Under the pieces are notes generated by a model. It saw nothing but the letters and a program-made list of their open reading frames with translations. It was not told where the DNA came from and ran no database searches. A DNA stretch of 59,041 bases from Caulobacterales bacterium (lineage in GTDB: Bacteria; Pseudomonadota; Alphaproteobacteria; Caulobacterales; Hyphomonadaceae): contig JBBSAZ010000001.1 of the NCBI GenBank assembly GCA_038251755.1, forward strand, positions 1 through 59,041, read 5' to 3'. A program made the position numbers and the translations under genes. Positions 29,748 to 38,705 of the stretch are shown piece by piece (within the stretch, counting starts at the first letter, position 1; every line of letters starts with the position of its first letter).

Positions 29748-31877
29748 ATGTTCAATACACACTCCGTGTCGCTGGATTGGGCCGGCCGCACACTCACGAT
29801 CGAGACGGGCCATGTGGCGCGTCAGGCTGACGGCGCCGTCATGGTTACCTATGGCGACACCACGCTGCTCGCGACCGCCGTTTTCGCAAAATCGGCCAAG
29901 CCGGGTCAGGACTTCTTCCCGCTGACCGTCAACTACCAGGAAAAATACTTCGCAGCCGGACGCATCCCCGGCGGCTTCTTCAAGCGTGAAGGCCGCCCGA
30001 CCGAGAAAGAGACGCTGACCTCGCGCCTCATCGACCGTCCGATCCGCCCGCTGTTCGTCAAGGGCTTCAAGAACGAAGTCCAGGTGATCATCACCGTCCT
30101 CTCGTATGACCTCGAGAACGATGCCGACGTGATCGGCATGATCGGCGCGTCCGCCGCGCTCGTGCTCTCCGGCGCCCCGTTCATGGGCCCGATTGCGGCG
30201 AGCCGCGTCGGCTATATCAATGGCCAGTATGTCATCAACCCGACGGTGGCCGAACTCGAAGATTCCGAGCTTGACCTCGTCCTCGCCGGCACGTCCGACG
30301 CGGTGATGATGGTGGAATCGGAAGCCTATGAGCTTTCGGAAGAAATCATGCTCGGCGCCGTTGTCGCCGGTCATGACGCGATGCAGCCGGTGATCGATGC
30401 GATCATCTCGCTCGCCGAGAAAGCCGCCAACGCGCCGTTCGAATACGAAGCCGAAGACAATTCCGCCGCCGTGAAAGCGATCGAGAAGATCGTCGGCAAG
30501 GACCTGTCGAAAGCCTACAAGATCACCGCCAAGGGCGAGCGTTATGCTGCCGTCGGCGCGGCCCGTGATACGGCCAAGGCGAAACTCGTCGGCACGGAAG
30601 ATGCGCCGGGCGAGATGTCCGGTGAGCTGTTCAAGACGGCGTTCAAGGAAGCCGAAGCTTCAGTGGTGCGCGGCGACATCCTGAAAACGGGTGAGCGTAT
30701 CGACGGTCGCAAGCTAGACCAGATCCGTCCGATCGTGGCCGAGGCAGGCTTCCTGCCGCGCACGCACGGCTCGGCCCTGTTCACGCGCGGCGAGACGCAG
30801 GCGATCTGCGTCACGACGCTCGGAACCTCCGATGACGAACAATATATCGAAGGCCTGGACGGCACGCGCAAAGAAAAGTTCATGCTGCACTACAACTTCC
30901 CTCCGTACTCGGTCGGGGAAACGGGCCGCCTCGGCGGCGCCGGACGCCGCGAAATCGGTCACGGCAAGCTGGCCTGGCGCGCGCTTCAGGCCGTCCTGCC
31001 GAAGCATGAGGACTTTCCGTACACGATCCGTCTCGTCTCCGAGATCACCGAGTCCAACGGCTCGTCCTCGATGGCCACGGTCTGCGGTTGCTCCCTCGCC
31101 ATGATGGACGCGGGCGTGCCAATCACGCGGCCGGTTTCCGGTATCGCGATGGGCCTGATCCTCGAAGGCAGCGAGTTCGCTGTTCTCTCCGACATCCTGG
31201 GTGATGAAGATCACCTCGGCGACATGGACTTCAAGGTGGCCGGTACGGAGAAGGGGATCACCTCGCTCCAGATGGACATCAAGGTGGCCGGTATCACGCG
31301 CGAGATCATGGGCAAGGCCCTCGATCAGGCGAAAGGTGGCCGTCACCACATCCTCGGCGAAATGGCGAAGGGGCTTTCCTCGGCACGCGGAAAGCTGGCT
31401 GAAACGGCGCCGCAGATGGAGATCCTGAAAGTCCCGGTCGACAAGATCCGTGACGTGATCGGTTCCGGCGGCAAGGTCATCCGCGGCATCGTCGACCAGA
31501 CGGGCGCCAAGGTGAACATCGAGGATGACGGCACGGTGCAGATCTCTGCGCTGGACCGCAAGTCCATCGACGCCGCCATCAAGATGATCCGCGGCATCAC
31601 CGCGGAAGCCGAAGTCGGCGCCATCTACGAAGGCAAGGTCGTGTCGATGAAAGACTTCGGCGTGTTCGTGAACTTCTTCGGTCCGAAGGACGGCCTCGTC
31701 CACGTCTCGCAGATGGCCAACAAGCGCATCGGCCACCCGAAAGAGATGGTCAAAGAGGGCGACAAGGTCTGGGTGAAACTGATGGGCCTCGACGAGAAGG
31801 GCAAGGTTCGCCTCTCGATGAAGGTCGTCGACCAGGAGACCGGCAAGGAAATCGAAGGCGCGGACGCCGGCGAGTAA
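29748..31877 (+). CDS. pnp: Polyribonucleotide nucleotidyltransferase (PNPase)
   Basis: [38 protein letters not shown] and S1 domains. Confidence 0.99.
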   Translation: MFNTHSVSLDWAGRTLTIETGHVARQADGAVMVTYGDTTLLATAVFAKSAKPGQDFFPLTVNYQEKYFAAGRIPGGFFKREGRPTEKETLTSRLIDRPIRPLFVKGFKNEVQVIITVLSYDLENDADVIGMIGASAALVLSGAPFMGPIAASRVGYINGQYVINPTVAELEDSELDLVLAGTSDAVMMVESEAYELSEEIMLGAVVAGHDAMQPVIDAIISLAEKAANAPFEYEAEDNSAAVKAIEKIVGKDLSKAYKITAKGERYAAVGAARDTAKAKLVGTEDAPGEMSGELFKTAFKEAEASVVRGDILKTGERIDGRKLDQIRPIVAEAGFLPRTHGSALFTRGETQAICVTTLGTSDDEQYIEGLDGTRKEKFMLHYNFPPYSVGETGRLGGAGRREIGHGKLAWRALQAVLPKHEDFPYTIRLVSEITESNGSSSMATVCGCSLAMMDAGVPITRPVSGIAMGLILEGSEFAVLSDILGDEDHLGDMDFKVAGTEKGITSLQMDIKVAGITREIMGKALDQAKGGRHHILGEMAKGLSSARGKLAETAPQMEILKVPVDKIRDVIGSGGKVIRGIVDQTGAKVNIEDDGTVQISALDRKSIDAAIKMIRGITAEAEVGAIYEGKVVSMKDFGVFVNFFGPKDGLVHVSQMANKRIGHPKEMVKEGDKVWVKLMGLDEKGKVRLSMKVVDQETGKEIEGADAGE

Positions 31878-31901
31878 TCGCCCCGCAGCTTCAAGAAATC
31901 G

Positions 31902-31934
31902 GAAGGGCCGCTCCTTGTGGGGCGGCCCTTTTTC
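31902..31934 (+). terminator. Intrinsic terminator after pnp
   Basis: AAGGGCCGCTCC-TTGT-GGGGCGGCCCTT followed by a T-run. Confidence 0.8.
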
Positions 31935-31970
31935 ATGGGAAAGCCATTTGCGGGTAAAAGGGCGTGTGTG

Positions 31971-32657
31971 ATGTCGAAGAAAAAAGCGTTCCTGATCGCC
32001 ATGTCCGGCGGCTCCGGCTCCGGCAAGTCTACGCTCGCGGTGGCACTGCTGGACCGGCTTGGGCCTGGCAAGGCGGTGATGTTCGGCGAGGACGCCTATT
32101 ACCTGCCGATGAGTTTCTACGGCGCCCCGAAAAGCGAGGACGAGCGCCACGCGCTGGTGAAGGGCATCAACTATGATGACCCGAAATCGAAAGAGGTGGA
32201 TCACCTCGTCTCGGACCTGAAGGCGCTGAAGGCCGGCGAGGCGGTGGACCAGCCGATCTATGATTACGAACTGCATGACCGATCGAAAAAGACGCGGCGC
32301 ATCGAGTCCGCGCCGGTCCTGATCCTCGAGGGTATCCACGCGCTGTCGATGCCGAAGATCCGCTCGCTCATCGACCTGTCGGTCTATGTCGATACGCCGG
32401 ACGACCTGCGCCTCGCGCGCCGCATCCGCCGCGACGTGATCGAGCGGGGCCGCACGGTGGATTCGGTGCTGATGCAGTATATGTCGACGGTGCGTGCTGC
32501 GCATTACCGCTTTACCTATCCGGCGATGTTCGAGGCCGACCTCGTGATCGCGGACGAGGGTGTGCCCGCTTACGGCGACGTGAAGCCGTCGGCCGAGGCG
32601 ATTGACCGGATGATGGCGCCGGTGCTGACGCGCCTGCAGACCGCCGGTGTGATCTGA
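31971..32657 (+). CDS. udk: Uridine kinase
   Basis: GGSGSGKST, EDAYY, NYDDP, ILEGI, RLARRIRRDVIERGR. Confidence 0.9.
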   Translation: MSKKKAFLIAMSGGSGSGKSTLAVALLDRLGPGKAVMFGEDAYYLPMSFYGAPKSEDERHALVKGINYDDPKSKEVDHLVSDLKALKAGEAVDQPIYDYELHDRSKKTRRIESAPVLILEGIHALSMPKIRSLIDLSVYVDTPDDLRLARRIRRDVIERGRTVDSVLMQYMSTVRAAHYRFTYPAMFEADLVIADEGVPAYGDVKPSAEAIDRMMAPVLTRLQTAGVI

Positions 32658-32698
32658 CCGGTGAAAGCCTTCGCGAAGCATGCTAGGCATGGCTTCGC

Positions 32699-33520
32699 AT
32701 GCGCGGCTTTCTGGTCCTTGTCCTGATGGTTTTTGCGGTCGCGCCGGCGCTTGCCTGCGACCTCGACACAATGGGCCGCCCGGCCGATGTGGCGGGCTAT
32801 GTCGAGCGCGGCAGTGCCTGTCTTGCCGCGCCGCCCGAGGGCTTCGCCTTTGACGCGGCGCTGGAGGCGGGCTTCCTGAAGCGCGTGAACGCCGAGCGGC
32901 GCGCGGCCGGGCTCGCGCCGGTGCAGGTCCGCACCGAACTTCGCAGCGCGGCGCGTTTTCACTCCCTCGACATGGCGGTCAATTCCTTCTTCGGCCATGA
33001 AAGCCTTGACGGGCGTGCCAGCGATGACCGCATCGCCGCCTTTGACCGCACCGCGCTGGCCGATTTCTCCGCCGAGAACGTCGCCACCGTGTCGAAATCC
33101 TCCGGCCGGATGGACCCGGACTTTGCGCTGGACCGGCTGCACCAGAACCTGATGAACAGCCCCGGCCACCGGGTGAACATCCTGCACCCCAAGGCGACGC
33201 ATGTGGCGTTCGGTGTGGTGCGCACGAAGGGCGGCGTCTGGGTCACCCAGCTGTTCCTGCGCCTCTCCGGTACGCTGCCGGAAGCCGCGCCGCTGCGTCT
33301 GTCGGAGACCTCGCGCCTGCGCGCGCCGAAGGGCTTGGAGGGGTGGACCTTCGTGCGGTTTGATCTGGTCACGGAGGCAGGCGATCCCGTCCCTGCCGTG
33401 CGCCTGCCGCCGGAGAAAGCCGACGCGCGCCTCGCCGCCTACGCCACCCAGCCCGGCGAGGACCGGCTGTCGTTCTACTGGATACGTTTCCTCGGGCCGG
33501 CGGTGACGGTCACGCCTTGA
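32699..33520 (+). CDS. Secreted CAP/SCP-domain protein
   Basis: Signal peptide, VNAERRAAGL, HSLDM, AENVA, MNSPGHRVNIL. Confidence 0.9.
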   Translation: MRGFLVLVLMVFAVAPALACDLDTMGRPADVAGYVERGSACLAAPPEGFAFDAALEAGFLKRVNAERRAAGLAPVQVRTELRSAARFHSLDMAVNSFFGHESLDGRASDDRIAAFDRTALADFSAENVATVSKSSGRMDPDFALDRLHQNLMNSPGHRVNILHPKATHVAFGVVRTKGGVWVTQLFLRLSGTLPEAAPLRLSETSRLRAPKGLEGWTFVRFDLVTEAGDPVPAVRLPPEKADARLAAYATQPGEDRLSFYWIRFLGPAVTVTP

Positions 33521-34106
33521 GGCGGCGCGCGGCCGAAGCGCCGCGGGCTTCGGCTTGCTTGAGCCAGGCATCGATCTTGGCCGCATTGGCCGACTTCACC
33601 GTGCCGACCTGCAGGGTACGGACGGGTTTGATACCGGCGAATTTCAGCACGAGATTCTCCACCTGCAGCTTGGCCGGGCGGCCATAGGAAAGCTGGTCGA
33701 ACCAGGCCGGGCCGTCCGACGTCATAAGCACGTCGGCCGACCGCCCGGTCAGCAGCTTGTCCCACCAGGGATCCTTCTCGTGATAGCGCATCGCGAAGCC
33801 CGGCAGGTAGGCGCGGTCGATCACGCCCTTCATCTTCGCTGGCATGCCGCCCCACCATTGCGGATAGGCCCAGCAGAGATGGATCGCCCACAGAATGTTT
33901 GCCCGCCACTCTTCGAGGCAGGGCTCCAGCGTCTTGCGCGCGTGGTAGCCGTCCTGCAGGTCCGGATCGAAAACCATGTCCGACAGGTGCATCCGGCGGG
34001 TCTCGGCGCCGTGCGCCGTCGCGCCGCGCTCATACGCGTCCGCCATGCCATGGCTCAGCGAGGTTTCTCGGGGATGGCCGACCCAGAGGAAGATGCGTGC
34101 GGTCAT
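33510..34106 (-). CDS. NAD(P)H-dependent flavodoxin-fold oxidoreductase
   Basis: GHPRETSL, YPQWWGGMPAKMKGVIDR, LTGRSA; ATGA overlap with the upstream ORF. Confidence 0.9.
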   Translation of the reverse strand: MTARIFLWVGHPRETSLSHGMADAYERGATAHGAETRRMHLSDMVFDPDLQDGYHARKTLEPCLEEWRANILWAIHLCWAYPQWWGGMPAKMKGVIDRAYLPGFAMRYHEKDPWWDKLLTGRSADVLMTSDGPAWFDQLSYGRPAKLQVENLVLKFAGIKPVRTLQVGTVKSANAAKIDAWLKQAEARGASAARRLKA

Positions 34107-34369
34107 GGGGTCTCTCCGAAATGCACTTGTGCGGCCTGGGCGATATACGCGCTTGCCTGATCCCATTCCATCCAGCCGTCCAGCCCGTCGCCGAGTTCCC
34201 ACTCGAAGCGGTGATCTTCCACGGCCGCGTCCGGCGTAGACCCGAAGCCGACGCTCAGCACACCGTGCCGGTAGCGCACATAGAGACAGGTGCCGTCCGT
34301 CAGCGTCCCCGCCCATTGCGCCGGGCAGGCGAGGCAGGTCTTTTCGAGCGATTGCAGGGCCGGGATCAT
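34103..34369 (-). CDS. Hypothetical 88-aa protein with TCxACPxQW / LYVRYR motif
   Basis: Compact ORF inside a same-strand operon; stop overlaps the next start. Confidence 0.7.
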   Translation of the reverse strand: MIPALQSLEKTCLACPAQWAGTLTDGTCLYVRYRHGVLSVGFGSTPDAAVEDHRFEWELGDGLDGWMEWDQASAYIAQAAQVHFGETP

Positions 34370-34385
34370 CTTGCGGCTTTCCGGT

Positions 34386-34832
34386 TCAGTCGATGTGATC
34401 AATCCCGTCGCCGGTAATGGCGACCCAGGCATGCTTGCGGTTTTCGTAGACGGAATAAATGGGGGCAGGGAAGGACGGGTCCGCGAAGGCGCCGACGGCG
34501 ACGGCGGTGAGGCCGGGCAGATCTTCGGACGTGCAGGATAGGGTGGAGCCACAATCCGGGCAGAAGCGGAACGTCGTGCGCTGGCCGCTGTCGCCCATCG
34601 CCGCCCATTCTTTCGCCGCGCCCTCCAGCGAGACGTCCGCGTCGCTCCAGCGCGCCTGCGCCGCGAAGGCGCTGCCGGAGCGCTTCTGGCAGTTCAGGCA
34701 ATGGCAGACGGACACGCGCACCGGCTCGCCGGCGCAGGTCGCTCTCAACTGCCCGCAGCGACAGGTAGCGGTGCGCGTTGTCCTGGGATGGCCCCTCCGG
34801 TGTTTCGTTCCGAGATTAACCGAAGGGGCCAC
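34386..34832 (-). CDS. GFA/Mss4-like zinc-binding protein (true start probably near 34784, where the codon reads AGG)
   Basis: CRCG, CHCLNCQK, FCPDCGS, VAVGAFADP. Confidence 0.88.
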   Translation of the reverse strand: MAPSVNLGTKHRRGHPRTTRTATCRCGQLRATCAGEPVRVSVCHCLNCQKRSGSAFAAQARWSDADVSLEGAAKEWAAMGDSGQRTTFRFCPDCGSTLSCTSEDLPGLTAVAVGAFADPSFPAPIYSVYENRKHAWVAITGDGIDHID

Positions 34833-34838
34833 GGCCCG

Positions 34839-35096
34839 CTAGCAATTGTCCGGCTGGGACCGCACGAGCCGCAAGCCGCGCCGCGTGATGCGGTAGGGCT
34901 TGCCGGCGCTCGAGGCGATGGTGCCCCGGCGTTTCAGCTTGCGGAAAAGGTCGAGCCTCAGGCCGGTATAGCGCCAGCCCTCGCGGGTGAAGCAATCGGC
35001 CTCGATGATCTTGGCGCCATCATTGTGCTGAACTTCAATCCATCCGCCTTGCGCCAACAGGTGCAGCACACGCTGCTCCTCGCGTGAAATATCCAT
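34839..35096 (-). CDS. yjhX: YjhX/TopAI (UPF0386, DUF2084) family protein
   Basis: MDISREEQRVLHLLAQGG..CFTREG..FRKLKRR..IASS.GKPYRITRRGL..VRSQPDN matches the recalled family pattern. Confidence 0.9.
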   Translation of the reverse strand: MDISREEQRVLHLLAQGGWIEVQHNDGAKIIEADCFTREGWRYTGLRLDLFRKLKRRGTIASSAGKPYRITRRGLRLVRSQPDNC

Positions 35097-35248
35097 TGTG
35101 TGTGAGTGTCCGGCTTCGCGCCTTGCTCTCGGAGCAGCGGGCGCACAAAACGTGTCCGGCGCGCGATCCCGTTCAGGGGAAGGCGCCGGGGCGTCGCTCT
35201 TGTCGGCCTGCCTTGCACGGAATGCTCCGTGCACGCACGGCAGGCCCT

Positions 35249-35278
35249 CTAGCGGGACTCGGACAGGTTGAGGGACAT
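35249..35278 (-). CDS. Putative leader peptide uORF MSLNLSESR (ToiL-like)
   Basis: GGAG 5 nt before ATG, TTGACC at 35323-35328, ~150-nt structured spacer to yjhX. Confidence 0.6.
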   Translation of the reverse strand: MSLNLSESR

Positions 35279-35355
35279 AGGCGCTCCGGTTAGGCGCGTC
35301 TTGTCGCGTGAAGGCGCGGAGAGGTCAAGCCCTGATGGAATCGTCAGGGTCCGGC

Positions 35356-36174
35356 CTATTCTTCGTCCCCCGCATCCGGAACGCCGACGACGTGGAAGCC
35401 CGCATCGACGTGGATCACTTCGCCGGCGATGGAGCGGCCGAGCGGGGAGAGGAGGTAGAGCGCGCAGCCCGCGACGCCTTCCATGCTGGTGTCTTCCTTC
35501 AGGAGCGACCAGCTGCGGCCCGTGCCCATCAGGCTCTTGCCGCCCTTGATGCCGGCGAGAGACAGCGTGCGCATGGCGCCGGCGGAGATCGCGTTGACGC
35601 GGATGCCTTGCGGGCCAAGGTCGCGCGCGGCGTAGCGGGTGGAGGCTTCGAGCGCCGCTTTCGCGACGCCCATCACGTTGTACGAGGGCACGGTGCGCTC
35701 GGCGCCGAGATAGGTCATGCAGATGATCGAGCCGCCATCCGGCATGATTTCGGAAGCGCGGCGGGCGCAGTCGATAAAGCTGTACACGGAGATATCCATG
35801 GCGCGGCGGAAGCCCTCGCGCGTGGTGTTCGCCACCATCGAACCCTGCAGCTCTTCCTTGCCGGCGAAGGCAATCGAGTGAACGAGGAAGTCGATCTTTC
35901 CCCACTTGGCCTTGATGGCAGCGAAGGCGGCGTCCATCGAGGCGTCATCGGTCACGTCGGCGGAAATCATCGTGTCCATGCCGATCGACTCGACCAGCGG
36001 GCGGACGCGCCGCTCCAGATTTTCGCCCTGGTAGGTGAACGCGATTTCGGCGCCTTGCGCGGCCAGCTGGGTCGAGATTCCCCAGGCGATCGAGTTCTGG
36101 TTCGCGACGCCCATGACGATGCCGCGCTTGCCCTTCATCAGGTCGCCCTTGGGCATGTTCCAGTCATCGGCCAT
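35356..36174 (-). CDS. fabI: Enoyl-ACP reductase
   Basis: GVANQNSIAWGI, VHSIAFA, YNVMGVAKAALEAS, VNAISAG. Confidence 0.96.
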   Translation of the reverse strand: MADDWNMPKGDLMKGKRGIVMGVANQNSIAWGISTQLAAQGAEIAFTYQGENLERRVRPLVESIGMDTMISADVTDDASMDAAFAAIKAKWGKIDFLVHSIAFAGKEELQGSMVANTTREGFRRAMDISVYSFIDCARRASEIMPDGGSIICMTYLGAERTVPSYNVMGVAKAALEASTRYAARDLGPQGIRVNAISAGAMRTLSLAGIKGGKSLMGTGRSWSLLKEDTSMEGVAGCALYLLSPLGRSIAGEVIHVDAGFHVVGVPDAGDEE

Positions 36175-36314
36175 CGCGGGCTCCCTTGATTGATCTTGCG
36201 GTGCTAGCCGAGGGCTAGGCGGGCCTGCGGGGCACGTCAAGTTTCCGGCATGCTTCCTGCTAACTCAGGGCGTCACAACGGGCTATCACGCCCTCACGCG
36301 CTCCGGGAGCCGAC

Positions 36315-36401
36315 ATGCGTATCGCCATCGCCATCTTCGTGATCGTCGCGATCTTCCTTGAGCCGGTCTGGGCCGACGTCGCCCGAGCGAACGGTTTCTG
36401 A
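36315..36401 (+). CDS. Putative 28-aa hydrophobic small protein MRIAIAIFVIVAIFLEPVWADVARANGF
   Basis: GGGAG RBS 5 nt upstream, GC3-rich codons, one hydrophobic helix. Confidence 0.55.
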   Translation: MRIAIAIFVIVAIFLEPVWADVARANGF

Positions 36402-36479
36402 ACTCGCCTGCGAGGCGAATTCAGTCCATAGCTTGGGGCCCCTCCATACGCCGTTTTATGGACGGTTTCCGGGGGGAAT

Positions 36480-37016
36480 CTACGCGTCTTTTTCGAGGTT
36501 CTTGAGGCCGACTTTCATGTCGAGCGCGGTATAGACGTGCTCGCCGTCGACATAAACACGGCCATCGGCGATGCCGAGGTTCAGCTTGCCGCGGCGCACC
36601 CGCTTGATGTCGATCTCGTAGCGCACCAGCTTCTTGTCCGGCGTGATCTCGCCGGTGAACTTCACTTCGCCGACGCCGAGGGCGCGGCCCTTGCCGGGCG
36701 AGCCTGACCAGCCGAGCCAGTAGCCGACGGCCTGCCACATGGCGTCGAGGCCGAGGCAGCCGGGCATCACCGGGTCACCCGGGAAATGGCATTTGAAGAA
36801 CCAGAGGTCCGGGGTGATATCGAGTTCGCCCACTACATGGCCCTTGCCGAAGGGGCCGCCATCGACGCTGATCTCGGTGATCCGGTCCATCATCAGCATC
36901 GGCGGCTCGGGCAATTGGGCGTTCCCGGGGCCGAAATAGCCGCCTTTGCCGCTGAGCAGCAGGTCTTCCTTCGAATAGGAGGACTGGGGGGTGTGAAAAT
37001 CGTGCGGACCGGGCAT
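36480..37016 (-). CDS. fabA: 3-hydroxydecanoyl-ACP dehydratase/isomerase
   Basis: [41 protein letters not shown]. Confidence 0.97.
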   Translation of the reverse strand: MPGPHDFHTPQSSYSKEDLLLSGKGGYFGPGNAQLPEPPMLMMDRITEISVDGGPFGKGHVVGELDITPDLWFFKCHFPGDPVMPGCLGLDAMWQAVGYWLGWSGSPGKGRALGVGEVKFTGEITPDKKLVRYEIDIKRVRRGKLNLGIADGRVYVDGEHVYTALDMKVGLKNLEKDA

Positions 37017-37077
37017 CGGCTCTATCCTGTGAAAGGCGCTGAAACAGGCGCCTTCCCACCGCCAGACGCGGGTAAAG

Positions 37078-37581
37078 TCAACCTTTTGTGGCGGTTGCGC
37101 CCCAGAGTTGATCGCGCGGGGCCCAGCCCCGGTAATCGCCGGCGGTAATCTGGCACATGGCGGCGTCGCAGGTACCCAGCTGCACCAGCACGCCCGCGCC
37201 GACGGCTGCCACGTCCTTGCTGTCCTGCGCGCGGCCGGCTTTCAGCACCAGATCGCCGGTCGTCAGGGCGTTCTGCTGACCCGCCAGCTGGGTTTTCTTG
37301 ATCCAGACCTCGTCGCCGTCGGGGTCGCGCACATAGCGCCAGTCGCCGCTTTCCTTCACGATCAGTACCGGCAGGCCCTTGCGGGCATATTCCCACTGAA
37401 CCTTGTAGTCTTCGCTCGGCCCTTTGCGGCCGTTTACCTTCTCGTGCTTCAGCGTTTCGAACCGGGGCACGGGCTTGCCGGAAAACCGGCTGATCATGAC
37501 CTCGCCAGCCGCTTCAGCCGACACAGGCAGCGCGCCAGGACCGGCCATGAGAAAGGCAAGTGCAAGAAATGCCCGTTTCAT
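37078..37581 (-). CDS. Secreted bacterial SH3-domain protein
   Basis: Signal peptide, [24 protein letters not shown]. Confidence 0.88.
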   Translation of the reverse strand: MKRAFLALAFLMAGPGALPVSAEAAGEVMISRFSGKPVPRFETLKHEKVNGRKGPSEDYKVQWEYARKGLPVLIVKESGDWRYVRDPDGDEVWIKKTQLAGQQNALTTGDLVLKAGRAQDSKDVAAVGAGVLVQLGTCDAAMCQITAGDYRGWAPRDQLWGATATKG

Positions 37582-37718
37582 GTGCAACGATCCTCAATTT
37601 CTGGGAGACGTCACTCTACAACGCCCTACATGAATCCGAGGTAAAACTGCGGGTCATTGGCGCGGCGCGCCTGCTCTGGTAAGCGGCAATGACAACAAGA
37701 AGGTTCTACGGGAGTCCC

Positions 37719-38705
37719 ATGCCGGCATCGAAGCTTAAAGTCGTCGTCACTCGCAAGCTGCCGGCTCCGGTCGAGCTGCGGATGAAAGAGCTGTTCGATG
37801 CTCGCCTGAACGAGGCTGACATCCCCCTGACGCAGGAACAGCTCGCCGAGGCCATGCAGACCGCCGATGTGCTGGTACCGACGGTCACCGACCGGATCGA
37901 CGGGCGTCTCATGGCCCGCGCCGGCCAGCAGCTGCGCCTGATCGCCCAGTTCGGGGCAGGGGTGGACAATATCGACGTCGCCAGCGCCGTGCAGCGCGGC
38001 ATCACCGTCACCAACACGCCGGGCGTGCTGACCGACGACACGGCGGATGTGGCGATGGCGCTGATCCTCGCCGTGCCGCGCCGCCTGCACGAGGGCGTGC
38101 AGATCATGGAAAGCGGCAAGTTCGATGGCTGGACGCCGACCTGGATGATGGGCCGCCGCCTCTCCGGCAAGCGCCTCGGCATCATCGGCATGGGCCGCAT
38201 CGGCCAGGCGGTCGCGCGCCGCGCCAAGGCCTTCGGCATGCAAATCCACTACCACAACCGCAAACCGGTCGGCCCGCGCATCGAGGAAGGCCTCGAGGCG
38301 ACCTATTGGGATTCGCTGGACCAGATGCTGGCGCGGATGGACATCGTCTCGGTCAACTGCCCGCACACGCCGGCGACCTTCCACCTGATCAACGCCCGCC
38401 GCCTCGCGCTGATGAAGCCGGACGCCTACATCATCAACACGGCGCGCGGCGAAGTGATCGACGAAGCAGCGCTTGCCCGCGCCATTCGCGGCGGCAAGCT
38501 GGCCGGCGCCGGTCTCGACGTGTTCGAGCGCGAACCGTCGGTGAACCCGGACCTGATCGGCCTGCCCAACGTGCTGCTGCTGCCGCACATGGGCTCCTCC
38601 ACGATCGAGGGACGCACCGAGATGGGCGAGAAGGTGATCATCAACATCAAGACCTTCGCCGACGGCCACCGCCCGCCTGACCGCGTGATTCCCGCTATTC
38701 TCTAG
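37719..38705 (+). CDS. D-glycerate dehydrogenase / glyoxylate reductase
   Basis: GAGVDNID, NTPGVLT, GMGRIG, INTARG, PHMGS. Confidence 0.93.
   Translation: MPASKLKVVVTRKLPAPVELRMKELFDARLNEADIPLTQEQLAEAMQTADVLVPTVTDRIDGRLMARAGQQLRLIAQFGAGVDNIDVASAVQRGITVTNTPGVLTDDTADVAMALILAVPRRLHEGVQIMESGKFDGWTPTWMMGRRLSGKRLGIIGMGRIGQAVARRAKAFGMQIHYHNRKPVGPRIEEGLEATYWDSLDQMLARMDIVSVNCPHTPATFHLINARRLALMKPDAYIINTARGEVIDEAALARAIRGGKLAGAGLDVFEREPSVNPDLIGLPNVLLLPHMGSSTIEGRTEMGEKVIINIKTFADGHRPPDRVIPAIL

Noticed and set aside
36421-36460. Minus-strand GGAGGGG followed by ATG GAC TGA after fabA
   Set aside because: Two-codon ORF whose SD lies in a hairpin; cannot be distinguished from chance or a deletion scar
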